Positions 44,345 through 54,449 of a stretch of 64,000 bases of DNA are shown here, one piece after another. Below the pieces are notes generated by a model, which was not told where the DNA came from, did not search any database, and saw only the letters and a list, made by a program, of their open reading frames with translations. A program made the position numbers and the translations under genes. Each line of letters starts with the position of its first letter. Positions within the stretch are counted from its first letter, which is position 1. Source of the stretch: Pseudomonadota bacterium. Lineage in GTDB: Bacteria > Pseudomonadota > Gammaproteobacteria > UBA4575. Location of the stretch: NCBI GenBank assembly GCA_039182865.1, contig JBCDBX010000001.1, forward strand, positions 2,239 through 66,238. Direction: 5' to 3'.

Positions 44345-47300
44345 TTAGTACACCACGCGCGCTTCTCTAACTCCATTAAGTGTGCTCAAGCGGCGCAACA
44401 AATCTCGTTGCGGAACAACACTCCATTGTTTACCTAGCCGATATTGAGCTTCTACATTATCTGATTTATAACGAATATGTACTCGACACTCTCCATCTCG
44501 ATAGGGCTGTAACGTACTTTCTAGCTCTCCCAACAATGACTGCCTAGCGTCATCCACGCTTATAATAATACCTCTGCCATATTCAATTCGCGCATCCTCA
44601 AGACGCGTGATATTTTTTGCACGCACGCGTGGTTTACCATTGTAATCGTCAATGCTGATAACCCCTTCAACAATCAAAATTTGATCTTTGACTAACAAAT
44701 TTTTGAATTGGCTATAAGAATCAGCAAATACAGCGACATGAATACGAGCGGTATTATCATCTAGTGTTAAAAACGCAATGCGACCAGAAGGACTATTACG
44801 CAATCGCATCTCCACTAATAAGCCACCGACTTTAATTGAGTTAGAATCTCTATTGCGATAATTGTTTTCTACTGGTGCGATAGGAGTAGACAATCTATCT
44901 TTTAAAGTCTTACCCACAATGCTAATGAGTTCATCACGATACTGGTCAACAGGATGTCCAGAAAAATACAAACCTAAAGTTTCACGCTCAGCTGCCAGCA
45001 ATGTATCGTCGTCCCATTCAGGTTTTTCTTCAACTTTAGCTTCACGCGCAATCAATTTACCACCGCCAAACATATCATTCTGACCTAGGTCATCATTACG
45101 TTGATGTTGTTCTGCTGCTTGCAACGCACGTGGTAAATGATGCATTAAACTTGCGCGCGTGTGATTAAAACTGTCCAAAGCACCTGAACGAATCATAGCT
45201 TCCATACTGCGACGATTAAATTTTTGTGTTTCTAAACGCAAACACAAATCATGCAAGGATTTATAATTTCCTTGTTGTTCGCGATTTTGAATTAAGGATT
45301 CAATGGCCGACTCACCTACTCCTTTAATAGCTCCTAAACCATAAACAATCTTCTGATCTTTTGTTACAGTAAACCCATACTCAGACTCATTGGCATCAGG
45401 CGGCAATACATTCAGACCCATGGTTTTACATTCTTCTCGCAAATGAACCACCTTATCCGTATTATCCATATCCGCCGATAGCACTGATGCCATAAATTCT
45501 GCAGGATAATGCGACTTTAACCAGGCAGTTTGATAAGACAACATGGCATAAGCCACTGAATGTGATTTATTGAAGCCATAACCAGCGAATTTTTCCATTA
45601 GATCGAAAATATAGTTTGCTTTATTATCATCCACCCCACGTTCCGTCGAACCTTTTACAAATACCGATCGTTGCTTTGCCATTTCTTCAGGTTTCTTTTT
45701 CCCCATCGCACGACGCAAAAGATCTGCACCACCCAAGGTATAACCTGCTAAGACCTGTGCGATCTGCATTACTTGTTCTTGATAAAGAATGACACCATAA
45801 GTTTCACTTAGAATGGCTTCTAAATCTGGATGTGGATATTCGATACGCGCACCATGTTTACGATCGATAAAATCATCAACCATGCCGGACTGCAAAGGTC
45901 CAGGACGATATAGCGCTACCATCGCAACCACATCATCAAACTTGTCTGGCTTAAGACGACCCAAGATATCTTTAAGTCCTTCAGACTCTAATTGAAATAC
46001 AGCGGTCGTCTGTTGATTTTGTAACAACTTATAAGTGGCTTCGTCATCAAGGGGCAATGCATTTAAGTCCACAGGTTTTTGTCCTTCTTGGCTGCGACGT
46101 GCATTCACGCTTTTTAAAGTACGATCAATTATCGTTAATGTTCTTAATCCAAGAAAATCAAACTTCACTAAGCCTATAGCTTCAACATCATCCTTATCTA
46201 ACTGTGTAACAACATTAGCCCCACCTGCTTCACAATAGAGCGGTGTAAAGTCAGTTAACTTGGAAGGTGCAATCACGACACCACCTGCATGCTTTCCAGC
46301 ATTTCTAGCCATGCCTTCCAACTTCAAAGCCATGTCCATTAATGTCCCAACCTCTTCTTCTTCATCTACCATTTGTTTGAAATCTTTTTCACGCTCGAGA
46401 GCTTTCTCAAGCGTCATACCAACCTCAAATGGAATCATTTTGGCAATTCTGTCGACAAAACCATATGGATGCCCTAGCACACGACCCACATCACGCACCA
46501 CCGCTTTTGCTGCCATACTTCCATAAGTAATGATCTGACTCACTTTTTCACGGCCATAACGCTTAGCGACATAATCAATCACTCGATCACGACCCGCCAT
46601 GCAAAAATCGATATCAAAGTCAGGCATTGAGACACGTTCTGGATTTAGGAATCTCTCAAAAAGTAAATCGTATTGCATTGGATCGATATCAGTAATCCCT
46701 AAAGCATAAGCGACTAAAGAACCTGCACCTGAACCACGCCCAGGCCCTACCGGCACCTCATTATCACGTGACCACTGAGTGAAATCTGCAACAATTAAGA
46801 AGTAACCGGAATAACCCATGTTTTCTATGACGCCCAACTCAACTTCTAAACGCTGCTTATACTCTTCTTCATTAATATCTAAATTAATTGCACGTAATTG
46901 ACGAATACGATCTTGTAAGCGCTTTTCCGATTGTTGGCGTAAAAATTCATCTGTCGTTAAATCCCCAGTTGGAAATTCAGGCAAAACATTTTTACCAAAT
47001 TCCAATCTCACGTTGCAACGTTTAGCAATTTCAATAGTATTTGATATTGCAGATGGCACATCTTCGTAAAGCTCAATCATTTCCTCGGCGGATCGTAAAT
47101 ACTGCTCTTCACTGTACATTCTTGGACGACGCGGATCAGACAAAACACGACCTTGATTGATACATACGCGCACCTCATGTGCTTCAAACTCCTCCGGAAG
47201 CAAGAAGCGAACATCATTAGTTGCAACCACAGGCACTTGTTTTATTTCTGCCAAATTTAGCGCAAAATTATTATAGGCATCTTCTCTTTCACGGCCCGTT

Positions 47301-47809
47301 CTTTGCAGCTCAATATAATAACGATCTTCAAAATGATCCAACCATGCGATTAAACATTCCTCACTACGCTGACTATCTTCTTTGATTAGTAATTTACCTA
47401 AATCACCATCCGTGCCACCCGAGAGCGTGATTAATCCTGCATTACGTTCAAATATCCAGTCACGTTTTAAAGTAGGCAACCCCCCATGTTGGCCGTCGAT
47501 GTAAGCAAGTGTGAGTAACTCTGTTAAATTACGGTAGCCCTCATTATTCATGCATAATAAAGCCACTCTAAATTGGTCTTGATACTGAGGATCTGAGACC
47601 AATACATCGGCACCAATAATGGGTTTAATACCTTTCGCTAAAGCGCCACGATAAAATTTGACCAAAGCAAATAAGTTAGAAAAATCGGTTAGCGCAATTG
47701 CAGGCATTTGTAACTCAACCGCTTTATCCATCAACGCGGGAATACGCACTAACCCATCGACGATAGAATATTCGCTATGAATACGTAGGTGAATAAAGTT
47801 TGGATCCAT
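44345..47809 (-). CDS. dnaE: DNA polymerase III alpha subunit
   Basis: 1154 aa with PHP, pol III alpha core and OB domains. Confidence 0.97.
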   Translation of the reverse strand: MDPNFIHLRIHSEYSIVDGLVRIPALMDKAVELQMPAIALTDFSNLFALVKFYRGALAKGIKPIIGADVLVSDPQYQDQFRVALLCMNNEGYRNLTELLTLAYIDGQHGGLPTLKRDWIFERNAGLITLSGGTDGDLGKLLIKEDSQRSEECLIAWLDHFEDRYYIELQRTGREREDAYNNFALNLAEIKQVPVVATNDVRFLLPEEFEAHEVRVCINQGRVLSDPRRPRMYSEEQYLRSAEEMIELYEDVPSAISNTIEIAKRCNVRLEFGKNVLPEFPTGDLTTDEFLRQQSEKRLQDRIRQLRAINLDINEEEYKQRLEVELGVIENMGYSGYFLIVADFTQWSRDNEVPVGPGRGSGAGSLVAYALGITDIDPMQYDLLFERFLNPERVSMPDFDIDFCMAGRDRVIDYVAKRYGREKVSQIITYGSMAAKAVVRDVGRVLGHPYGFVDRIAKMIPFEVGMTLEKALEREKDFKQMVDEEEEVGTLMDMALKLEGMARNAGKHAGGVVIAPSKLTDFTPLYCEAGGANVVTQLDKDDVEAIGLVKFDFLGLRTLTIIDRTLKSVNARRSQEGQKPVDLNALPLDDEATYKLLQNQQTTAVFQLESEGLKDILGRLKPDKFDDVVAMVALYRPGPLQSGMVDDFIDRKHGARIEYPHPDLEAILSETYGVILYQEQVMQIAQVLAGYTLGGADLLRRAMGKKKPEEMAKQRSVFVKGSTERGVDDNKANYIFDLMEKFAGYGFNKSHSVAYAMLSYQTAWLKSHYPAEFMASVLSADMDNTDKVVHLREECKTMGLNVLPPDANESEYGFTVTKDQKIVYGLGAIKGVGESAIESLIQNREQQGNYKSLHDLCLRLETQKFNRRSMEAMIRSGALDSFNHTRASLMHHLPRALQAAEQHQRNDDLGQNDMFGGGKLIAREAKVEEKPEWDDDTLLAAERETLGLYFSGHPVDQYRDELISIVGKTLKDRLSTPIAPVENNYRNRDSNSIKVGGLLVEMRLRNSPSGRIAFLTLDDNTARIHVAVFADSYSQFKNLLVKDQILIVEGVISIDDYNGKPRVRAKNITRLEDARIEYGRGIIISVDDARQSLLGELESTLQPYRDGECRVHIRYKSDNVEAQYRLGKQWSVVPQRDLLRRLSTLNGVREARVVY

Positions 47810-48420
47810 TAAATAACTTCTGCGACCGGTTTAAAGCTTCTTCTATGATATTGGCATGCACCATATTGTTTTAAGGCAGCTAAATGTTGTGCTGTCGGAT
47901 ACCCTTTATGCTGAGCGAAACCATACTGCGGGAATGATTTGTCAAGATTAATCATTTCCGCATCGCGTGTAACTTTAGCAATTATAGAAGCGGCTCCAAT
48001 GGCGGGTACATGTTGGTCACCCTTGATTACCGCATAGGACTCAACGGATAACTCTGGACTAAACTTTCCATCCACTAATACCAATTCTATCTGTGTATCA
48101 AGCCCATCAAAAGCGCGTTGCATGGCAAGCAAACTCGCATTGAAGATATTATACCGATCTATTTCACATGCATTACACTGACCAATTGACCAAGACAGTG
48201 CATGTTCTTTGATCAGATTTGATAATTTTTCACGTTTTGCAGGTGATAATTTTTTTGAATCCTGAACTTCGTCCCAGCTCAAAGTATCGCCAAGCACGAC
48301 TGCCGCTGCAATAACTGAACCTGCCAGTGGCCCACGCCCTGCCTCATCAATACCCACATAAGTATTGATATCAACACTTATGCTTGAAAAATTAATAACC
48401 TTAGAGTGCTTCTTAATCAA
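47809..48420 (-). CDS. rnhB: Ribonuclease HII
   Basis: VGIDEAGRGPLAGSV catalytic motif. The true start is probably a non-ATG codon (TTG or GTG) near 48390-48420, not the long ATG-initiated ORF that runs to 48510. Confidence 0.85.
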   Translation of the reverse strand: MIKKHSKVINFSSISVDINTYVGIDEAGRGPLAGSVIAAAVVLGDTLSWDEVQDSKKLSPAKREKLSNLIKEHALSWSIGQCNACEIDRYNIFNASLLAMQRAFDGLDTQIELVLVDGKFSPELSVESYAVIKGDQHVPAIGAASIIAKVTRDAEMINLDKSFPQYGFAQHKGYPTAQHLAALKQYGACQYHRRSFKPVAEVI

Positions 48421-48510
48421 AATTCTTATCTGAATAATCTCAATCAAACTGCCAACAAATGCAATAGAATACGTATACTTAGAATTTTTATAACACATTA
48501 CGACAAGCAA

Positions 48511-49434
48511 ATGGGAATAATAAAAGCGGGAGTAGTTGGAGTCGGCTACTTAGGGAAATTTCATGCTGAAAAATACAACTCGCTCAAAAATTGTCACCTG
48601 TTGGGTGTCGTCGACACTAATGAATCCACAGCTATCAATGTAGCTAGAGATCTAACTAATGTTAGCGCATTTAAAAATTATCTAGATATTCTCGATCAAG
48701 TTGATGCGGTAAGTATTGTCACGACAACACCGGCACATTATGAAATTGCACGCGCTTTTCTATCTAAAGGAAAACATGTCTTACTCGAAAAGCCTATTAC
48801 ATCAACAACAGAACAGGCAGAAGAATTAATCTCTCTAGCCGATCAAAATAATTGCATTTTACAAATTGGACATATTGAACGTTTTAACCCTGCAGTACTG
48901 GCGATGGATGTATATCTACAGTCACCAAAATTTATCGAATCCCATCGCTTGTCGCCCTTTCGAGAGCGTGGAACAGACGTTGACGTTGTACTAGACCTCA
49001 TGATCCATGATATTGATATTATTCTTAGCATTGTGAATAGCGATATAGAAGACATACAAGCATCAGGCATGTGTGTATTGTCTGATGCAATTGATATCGC
49101 TAATGCGCGCATTACATTTAAAAATAATTGTGTTGCAAATGTAACAGCCAGTCGCGTAAGTAACAAAACCGAACGTAAACTACGTTTGTTTCAAGAAAAT
49201 GCTTACTTTTCAGCTGATTTAGCAAGTCATGATTTAAAAATTTATACTAGAGAAGAAAAAAAGATTGACTCACATAGCCTCACCTATGATAAATCTGATG
49301 CTTTACTCACGGAAATCAGTCAATTTTTAGATTGCATAGAGTCTAACTCTCAACCGTTAGTGACTGGCGCTGACGGGCTGCGTGCTTTGAGAACAGCCGA
49401 TATAATCAACCAAAAGATTCAACCTCAAAATTAA
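48511..49434 (+). CDS. gnnA: Gfo/Idh/MocA NAD-dependent oxidoreductase, GnnA-like (UDP-GlcNAc 3-dehydrogenase)
   Basis: N-terminal Rossmann motif MGIIKAGVVGVGYLGKFH. The start is placed at this Met, not the upstream ORF extension. Immediately followed by a DegT-family aminotransferase and lpxB. Confidence 0.7.
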   Translation: MGIIKAGVVGVGYLGKFHAEKYNSLKNCHLLGVVDTNESTAINVARDLTNVSAFKNYLDILDQVDAVSIVTTTPAHYEIARAFLSKGKHVLLEKPITSTTEQAEELISLADQNNCILQIGHIERFNPAVLAMDVYLQSPKFIESHRLSPFRERGTDVDVVLDLMIHDIDIILSIVNSDIEDIQASGMCVLSDAIDIANARITFKNNCVANVTASRVSNKTERKLRLFQENAYFSADLASHDLKIYTREEKKIDSHSLTYDKSDALLTEISQFLDCIESNSQPLVTGADGLRALRTADIINQKIQPQN

Positions 49435-50543
49435 TGTCTATGCCGATAACACCAATCCCTATGGTTGACTTGCGTACGCAATATCACACCTTAAAAGATG
49501 AAATCCAATCAGCCTTAAATGATACGCTAGAAAGTACTGCTTTCATTATGGGGCCTAATGTTCAAGCCTTTGAGAACGAAGCTGCAAAATATTTAAACTG
49601 CCAACATGCTTTAGGGTGTGCTTCAGGCACTGATGCATTGCATCTGGCTTTACGCGCACTTGAGATAACAAAGGATGATGAAGTAATTGTACCCTCATTT
49701 ACATTTGCTGCGACGGCAGAAGCAATTCGCTATGTCGGTGCAACACCCGTATTTGTAGACATTGAACTAGACTCACTCAATATCAATCCAGAAAAAATAG
49801 AACAAGCAATTAGTGATAAAACCAAAGCTATCATCGCAGTACATCTATTTGGATTGCCTGCCGATATTGGCGCTATTCAATCTATTATTGATGGCAAAGA
49901 TATTTATTTAATTGAAGATTGTGCGCAATCCTTTGGTGCAGAGTATAAAAAGAAAAAAACAGGAATACTAGGAGACATGGGATGCTTCAGTTTCTTTCCT
50001 AGCAAAAATTTAGGTTGTTATGGCGATGGTGGCATGGTCAGCACCGATAATGATGAACTTGCAGAAAAAGTTAAATTGTTTCGCAATCATGGCAGTCCTG
50101 TCAGATACGAGCATAGTATTATTGGTTTCAATAGTCGTCTTGATGAAATACAAGCAACAGTACTACGTATAAAATTAAAGTATATAGACAAATATAATCA
50201 AAATCGAAACCTAGCAGCAAAGAGATACACCCTGAAGCTTTCTGAATTAGGCATACAAACCCCTATTGAAAAATCTGAAAGCAGCCACGTTTTTCATCAA
50301 TACACTCTTTTAGATTTACGTCGCGACTCAATTTTTAAAGCGCTACAAAGAAATAATATAGCCTGCGCTATCTATTACCCCAAAGGCTTGCACGCTCAAG
50401 AAGCTTTCAAAGACAATTCTGTTATTAAAGACTTAGCCATCACAGAATATGCCACCTCTAACTGCTTATCACTTCCCATGTTTCCTGAACTATCAGAACA
50501 ACAGATAGATCGAGTTGTTGATATAATAAAAGAAGCTATCTAA
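49434..50543 (+). CDS. gnnB: DegT/DnrJ/EryC1-family PLP aminotransferase, GnnB-like
   Basis: 369 aa, DegT-family fold with the PLP lysine region (FSFFPSKNLG). Start overlaps the gnnA stop. Confidence 0.7.
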   Translation: MSMPITPIPMVDLRTQYHTLKDEIQSALNDTLESTAFIMGPNVQAFENEAAKYLNCQHALGCASGTDALHLALRALEITKDDEVIVPSFTFAATAEAIRYVGATPVFVDIELDSLNINPEKIEQAISDKTKAIIAVHLFGLPADIGAIQSIIDGKDIYLIEDCAQSFGAEYKKKKTGILGDMGCFSFFPSKNLGCYGDGGMVSTDNDELAEKVKLFRNHGSPVRYEHSIIGFNSRLDEIQATVLRIKLKYIDKYNQNRNLAAKRYTLKLSELGIQTPIEKSESSHVFHQYTLLDLRRDSIFKALQRNNIACAIYYPKGLHAQEAFKDNSVIKDLAITEYATSNCLSLPMFPELSEQQIDRVVDIIKEAI

Positions 50544-50549
50544 ACCTAA

Positions 50550-51656
50550 ATGGAAATCGTCATAAGCGCAGGTGAATCTTCAGGTGATATTCTTGGAGGA
50601 AAGCTTTGCGAAGAATTGCGACAGCTCGATAAAAATATCTCTCTCAGCGGTATTGGTGGACAAGCTATGCGCAAAGCCGGAGTTGATACATTGCATGATG
50701 TGAGTGAAACCGCAGTCATAGGCATCTATGAAGTTTTAAAACATTACCCTCGTCTACATAAAATATTATCCAATCTGAAAAGACACATCCAGCAAACACA
50801 ACCAAAGTTATTAATTTTAATAGACTATCCTGAATTTAACCTAAAACTCGCGGCTTATGCTAAATCTCTAAATATAAAAGTAATGTTTTATGTCAGCCCT
50901 CAAATTTGGGCCTGGCGTACAGGGAGGGTCAAAAAGATTAAACAGCGAGTTGACTTAATGGCAGTACTTTTCCCTTTTGAATTAGATTTTTACCGCAAAG
51001 AAAATATAAATAGTTGTTTAGTTAGACATCCATTATTACAGGAAGTTGAAAAATACATTCCTGTCAATTCGCTGCAAATGATGACTGTCGCCTTAGCACC
51101 GGGAAGCCGCAAAAGTGAAGTTAAAAAACTTTTTCCCATCATGTTAAAGGCTGCGGTTCTTCTGCATGATGAAAATCCCTCATTGAGGTTTATTGTACCC
51201 GTTGCACCTGGCTTCAATAAAAGCGACTTGATCAAACAATTAGACAACCTAAATATACCTATCACATTCGAAGAGAGTGATTTTTACAGCACTATTGATA
51301 AAAGCGATGTTGTAATGATTGCATCTGGCACCGCCTCTCTTCAAACCGCGCTAATGGGCAAAGCTATGGTAATAGTTTATAAGATTTCACCTATCACCTA
51401 TAGATTATTTGGTCATATGATAAAAGTTAAGCATATTAGTCTTGCGAATATTATTCTGAACAAGCGAGTCTTCACAGAACTACTGCAAAAAGAGGTGTCT
51501 CCAGAAAACCTTTACGAAGAAATAAAAATGCTACTCGATGACAATCAGAGACAGGACAAAATGAATGAGGTTCAAACACAGCTTTATAACATGCTTAATC
51601 AAGGATGCAACTCAAAGGAATTGGCAGAAAAAGCTATGCAACTAGCTGTTAACTAA
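50550..51656 (+). CDS. lpxB: Lipid-A-disaccharide synthase
   Basis: ISAGESSGDILGG ... SPQIWAWR ... PFE motifs match LpxB. Confidence 0.9.
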   Translation: MEIVISAGESSGDILGGKLCEELRQLDKNISLSGIGGQAMRKAGVDTLHDVSETAVIGIYEVLKHYPRLHKILSNLKRHIQQTQPKLLILIDYPEFNLKLAAYAKSLNIKVMFYVSPQIWAWRTGRVKKIKQRVDLMAVLFPFELDFYRKENINSCLVRHPLLQEVEKYIPVNSLQMMTVALAPGSRKSEVKKLFPIMLKAAVLLHDENPSLRFIVPVAPGFNKSDLIKQLDNLNIPITFEESDFYSTIDKSDVVMIASGTASLQTALMGKAMVIVYKISPITYRLFGHMIKVKHISLANIILNKRVFTELLQKEVSPENLYEEIKMLLDDNQRQDKMNEVQTQLYNMLNQGCNSKELAEKAMQLAVN

Positions 51657-52438
51657 CGAACCGTTCCTCGTTCACTATTCTCAATAAAATCGACCAGTAC
51701 GCGAACCTCTTCATACTCTTCGATCAAATCTGAAATTTTCTCTAGCTGCTCTGCTCTGGGGTTTTTAGAGATAATTAATTCTTTATACGCTTTATGTAAG
51801 ACCTGAATAAGTTTTTCATCAAAGCCTCTACGCCTTAAACCTTCCTTATTTAAACCGTAAGCCTTTGCCAAGTTGCCTGATGCTATTAGATAAGGAGGCA
51901 GATCTTTATTTAATGCAGAACCCATCCCACAAAATGAATGCATTCCGATGTGACAAAATTGATGGACTAAGGTGAATCCACCAAGCACAGCATAATCATC
52001 TACGACTACATGCCCAGCAATAGAGGCACCATTTGAAAAGATAGTATTGTTAGCAACAATGCAATCATGGGCAATATGCACATAAGCCATAATCCAGTTG
52101 CTATCACCAATTGTGGTCGCGCCCTCACCAAGCTCTGTGCCACGATTTATCGTACAAAATTCTCTAATTGTATTATTATCACCAATAATTAGTTTACTTT
52201 TTTCTCCTGCATATTTCTTATCTTGAGGTATCTCGCCAAGTGATGAAAATTGAAAAAGATGATTTTTTTTACCAATTTTAGTCGGACCCTGTATGACAAC
52301 ATGTGGCCCAATTTCTGTACCCTCATCTATTTCAACATAGGGGCCAATGATGCTATAGGGCCCAACCGTCACATTACTCGCCAACTCGGCACTCGGATCA
52401 ATAACAGCAGTTGAATGAATTTTATTTGAAGAAGACAT
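51653..52438 (-). CDS. lpxA: UDP-N-acetylglucosamine (or UDP-GlcNAc3N) acyltransferase
   Basis: Left-handed beta-helix hexapeptide repeats. The start is trimmed to the Met that gives the classic TAATG overlap with fabZ. Confidence 0.9.
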   Translation of the reverse strand: MSSSNKIHSTAVIDPSAELASNVTVGPYSIIGPYVEIDEGTEIGPHVVIQGPTKIGKKNHLFQFSSLGEIPQDKKYAGEKSKLIIGDNNTIREFCTINRGTELGEGATTIGDSNWIMAYVHIAHDCIVANNTIFSNGASIAGHVVVDDYAVLGGFTLVHQFCHIGMHSFCGMGSALNKDLPPYLIASGNLAKAYGLNKEGLRRRGFDEKLIQVLHKAYKELIISKNPRAEQLEKISDLIEEYEEVRVLVDFIENSERGTVR

Positions 52439-52887
52439 TAGAGATCTTTGAACATACACTTGAGTTCAGCACTTGCAGCCAACTCGTCACCCACGTATGC
52501 GTAGGTATCAAAGACACCATAATTTCTTTTCATGCGAGATAATTTCGATTCCAATCTCAATTGATCGCCTGGAACAACTGGACGTTTAAAGCGCGCATTA
52601 TCAATCCCAACAAACAGGAAAAGGCTCTCGTTTTCAGGTCGAGAATCGGGGTCACTCAGCACTAAAATACCTGATGCTTGAGCTAATGCTTCCAGAATTA
52701 AGACACCGGGGAAAACAGGTGTTTTTGGAAAGTGACCTTGAAAGAAGGCTTCATTAATCGAAACATTCTTGAGTCCAACTATCGATTCACCATGCTTACA
52801 CTCAAGCACACGATCAACTAATAAAAAAGGATAGCGGTGGGGAAGATACTGCATTATTTCATCAACGGACATTATATTGTTTTCCAT
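52438..52887 (-). CDS. fabZ: 3-hydroxyacyl-ACP dehydratase
   Basis: LPHRYPFLLVDRVLE hot-dog motif. Confidence 0.95.
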   Translation of the reverse strand: MENNIMSVDEIMQYLPHRYPFLLVDRVLECKHGESIVGLKNVSINEAFFQGHFPKTPVFPGVLILEALAQASGILVLSDPDSRPENESLFLFVGIDNARFKRPVVPGDQLRLESKLSRMKRNYGVFDTYAYVGDELAASAELKCMFKDL

Positions 52888-52890
52888 TTA

Positions 52891-53919
52891 TTATCCTTTT
52901 CGCTTGTCCGAAATATGCTTTTCTAAAGCCAATAATCTTTTAGCTATACTATCTAATTCTTTAAAACGCATTGCGTTTCTAATCCACTGCTTATTATCTT
53001 GTGCAGCTGTACCCGATGTGTAGACGCCAGGCTTATCAATAGATTGACTTATTTTAGTCATACCCATTACTTGAACGCCATCAGTAATTTCAATATGACC
53101 TTGAATACCTGCACCACCACCAATGGCGCAATATTTACCTATGATGGCGCTACCAGCAATTCCGACACATCCCGCAATTGCAGTATGTGCACCGATTTTT
53201 ACATTATGCGCAATTTGTATTTGATTATCGAGTTTCACTCCATCTTCTATGATGGTATCTTGTAAAGCGCCACGATCAATTGTGGTATTAGCACCGATCT
53301 CAACATCATTTCCAATTAAGACACGGCCTATCTGAGGAATTTTTTCCCATACACCATTATCATTGGCCAGACCAAATCCATCACTTCCAATCACAACACC
53401 AGGATGCACGATTACTCTTTTACCAATTAAGGTTGGACCTATAATTGTTACTCGCGGTAAAAATCTTGTGTTTGCGCCTATCCTGCAGCTTGCAGAAATC
53501 ACACTATTGGCGCCAATATAGACTTTACTTTCTATCTCACATTTCTCACTAATGACAACATTTGGTCCAATATAAACATTCTCAGAAATATTACATTCTG
53601 GATGAATAACTGCTGATGCATCTATACCTGGAACAAACTCTTCTTGCGGATAAAGCAACTGTGCTGCTCTCGCAAAGCTAAGGTAAGGATTTTTAGAAAC
53701 TAATTTAATTGCATTACCATAATTTTTTAATTCTGGAGTAACTATTACAGCAGTTGCATTAGTATGATTAAGACTATGTCTATATCGGGCAGAAACTGCA
53801 AAAGACAAAGCGCCTTGTCCCGCTTGATCAAGCTCAGCTATATGAGTTATTTCATGCTTTCCATCACCAATAATTTCAAGATCAATTTCATGAGCTAGCT
53901 CATCAATCGTATATGCCAT
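52891..53919 (-). CDS. lpxD: UDP-3-O-acylglucosamine N-acyltransferase
   Basis: 342 aa, hexapeptide repeats, lpxD-fabZ-lpxA order. Confidence 0.9.
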   Translation of the reverse strand: MAYTIDELAHEIDLEIIGDGKHEITHIAELDQAGQGALSFAVSARYRHSLNHTNATAVIVTPELKNYGNAIKLVSKNPYLSFARAAQLLYPQEEFVPGIDASAVIHPECNISENVYIGPNVVISEKCEIESKVYIGANSVISASCRIGANTRFLPRVTIIGPTLIGKRVIVHPGVVIGSDGFGLANDNGVWEKIPQIGRVLIGNDVEIGANTTIDRGALQDTIIEDGVKLDNQIQIAHNVKIGAHTAIAGCVGIAGSAIIGKYCAIGGGAGIQGHIEITDGVQVMGMTKISQSIDKPGVYTSGTAAQDNKQWIRNAMRFKELDSIAKRLLALEKHISDKRKG

Positions 53920-53933
53920 TTGTATACTTAATT

Positions 53934-54434
53934 TTATTTAGCATTTAATCTCTGTAAAACTTGATCAGTGATATCAACTGCTGGACTTGCATATAAAACA
54001 GGTTGTGTAAGCACTAAATCATATTTCTGTTGTTCTGCAAACTGTTTAATCACCTCATAGACTTTGTTTTGCAATGCACCAACTTCTTCGTTACGCCGAA
54101 TATTAATATCTTCACGATACTCATCTCGTTGACGATTATGATCACGCTTTTTCTGCAGGATATCCCGCTCAAGCTTGACACGATTTGCCTCGCTCATAAT
54201 ACTGCCATCATTTCTTAGCTTTTCTTCCATTTTTAAAATTGCATCACGTGACGATGCCAATTGTCTATCACGACTTGCAAATTCAGTTTCTAAAGCTTGC
54301 CTTACTGCCTGTCCTTGGGACGACTGCTCCATCAACTTTCCGAAATTAACATAACCAATCTTGGACTCAGCATATGCTGAGGAAGAAAATGATAATGTGA
54401 GTATAAATAAAATTAAAATATAAAATTTGTTCAA
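53934..54434 (-). CDS. skp: Periplasmic chaperone Skp (OmpH)
   Basis: 166 aa, signal peptide, coiled-coil rich. Between bamA and lpxD. Confidence 0.85.
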   Translation of the reverse strand: MNKFYILILFILTLSFSSSAYAESKIGYVNFGKLMEQSSQGQAVRQALETEFASRDRQLASSRDAILKMEEKLRNDGSIMSEANRVKLERDILQKKRDHNRQRDEYREDINIRRNEEVGALQNKVYEVIKQFAEQQKYDLVLTQPVLYASPAVDITDQVLQRLNAK

Positions 54435-54449
54435 GATGTTCCTCCTGAG

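Noticed and set aside
48406-48510. N-terminal 35-aa extension of the gnnA ORF overlapping rnhB
   Set aside because: The Rossmann GxGxxG begins right after the internal Met at 48511. The extension would overlap the divergent rnhB start region, so it is an artefact of the longest-ORF call.
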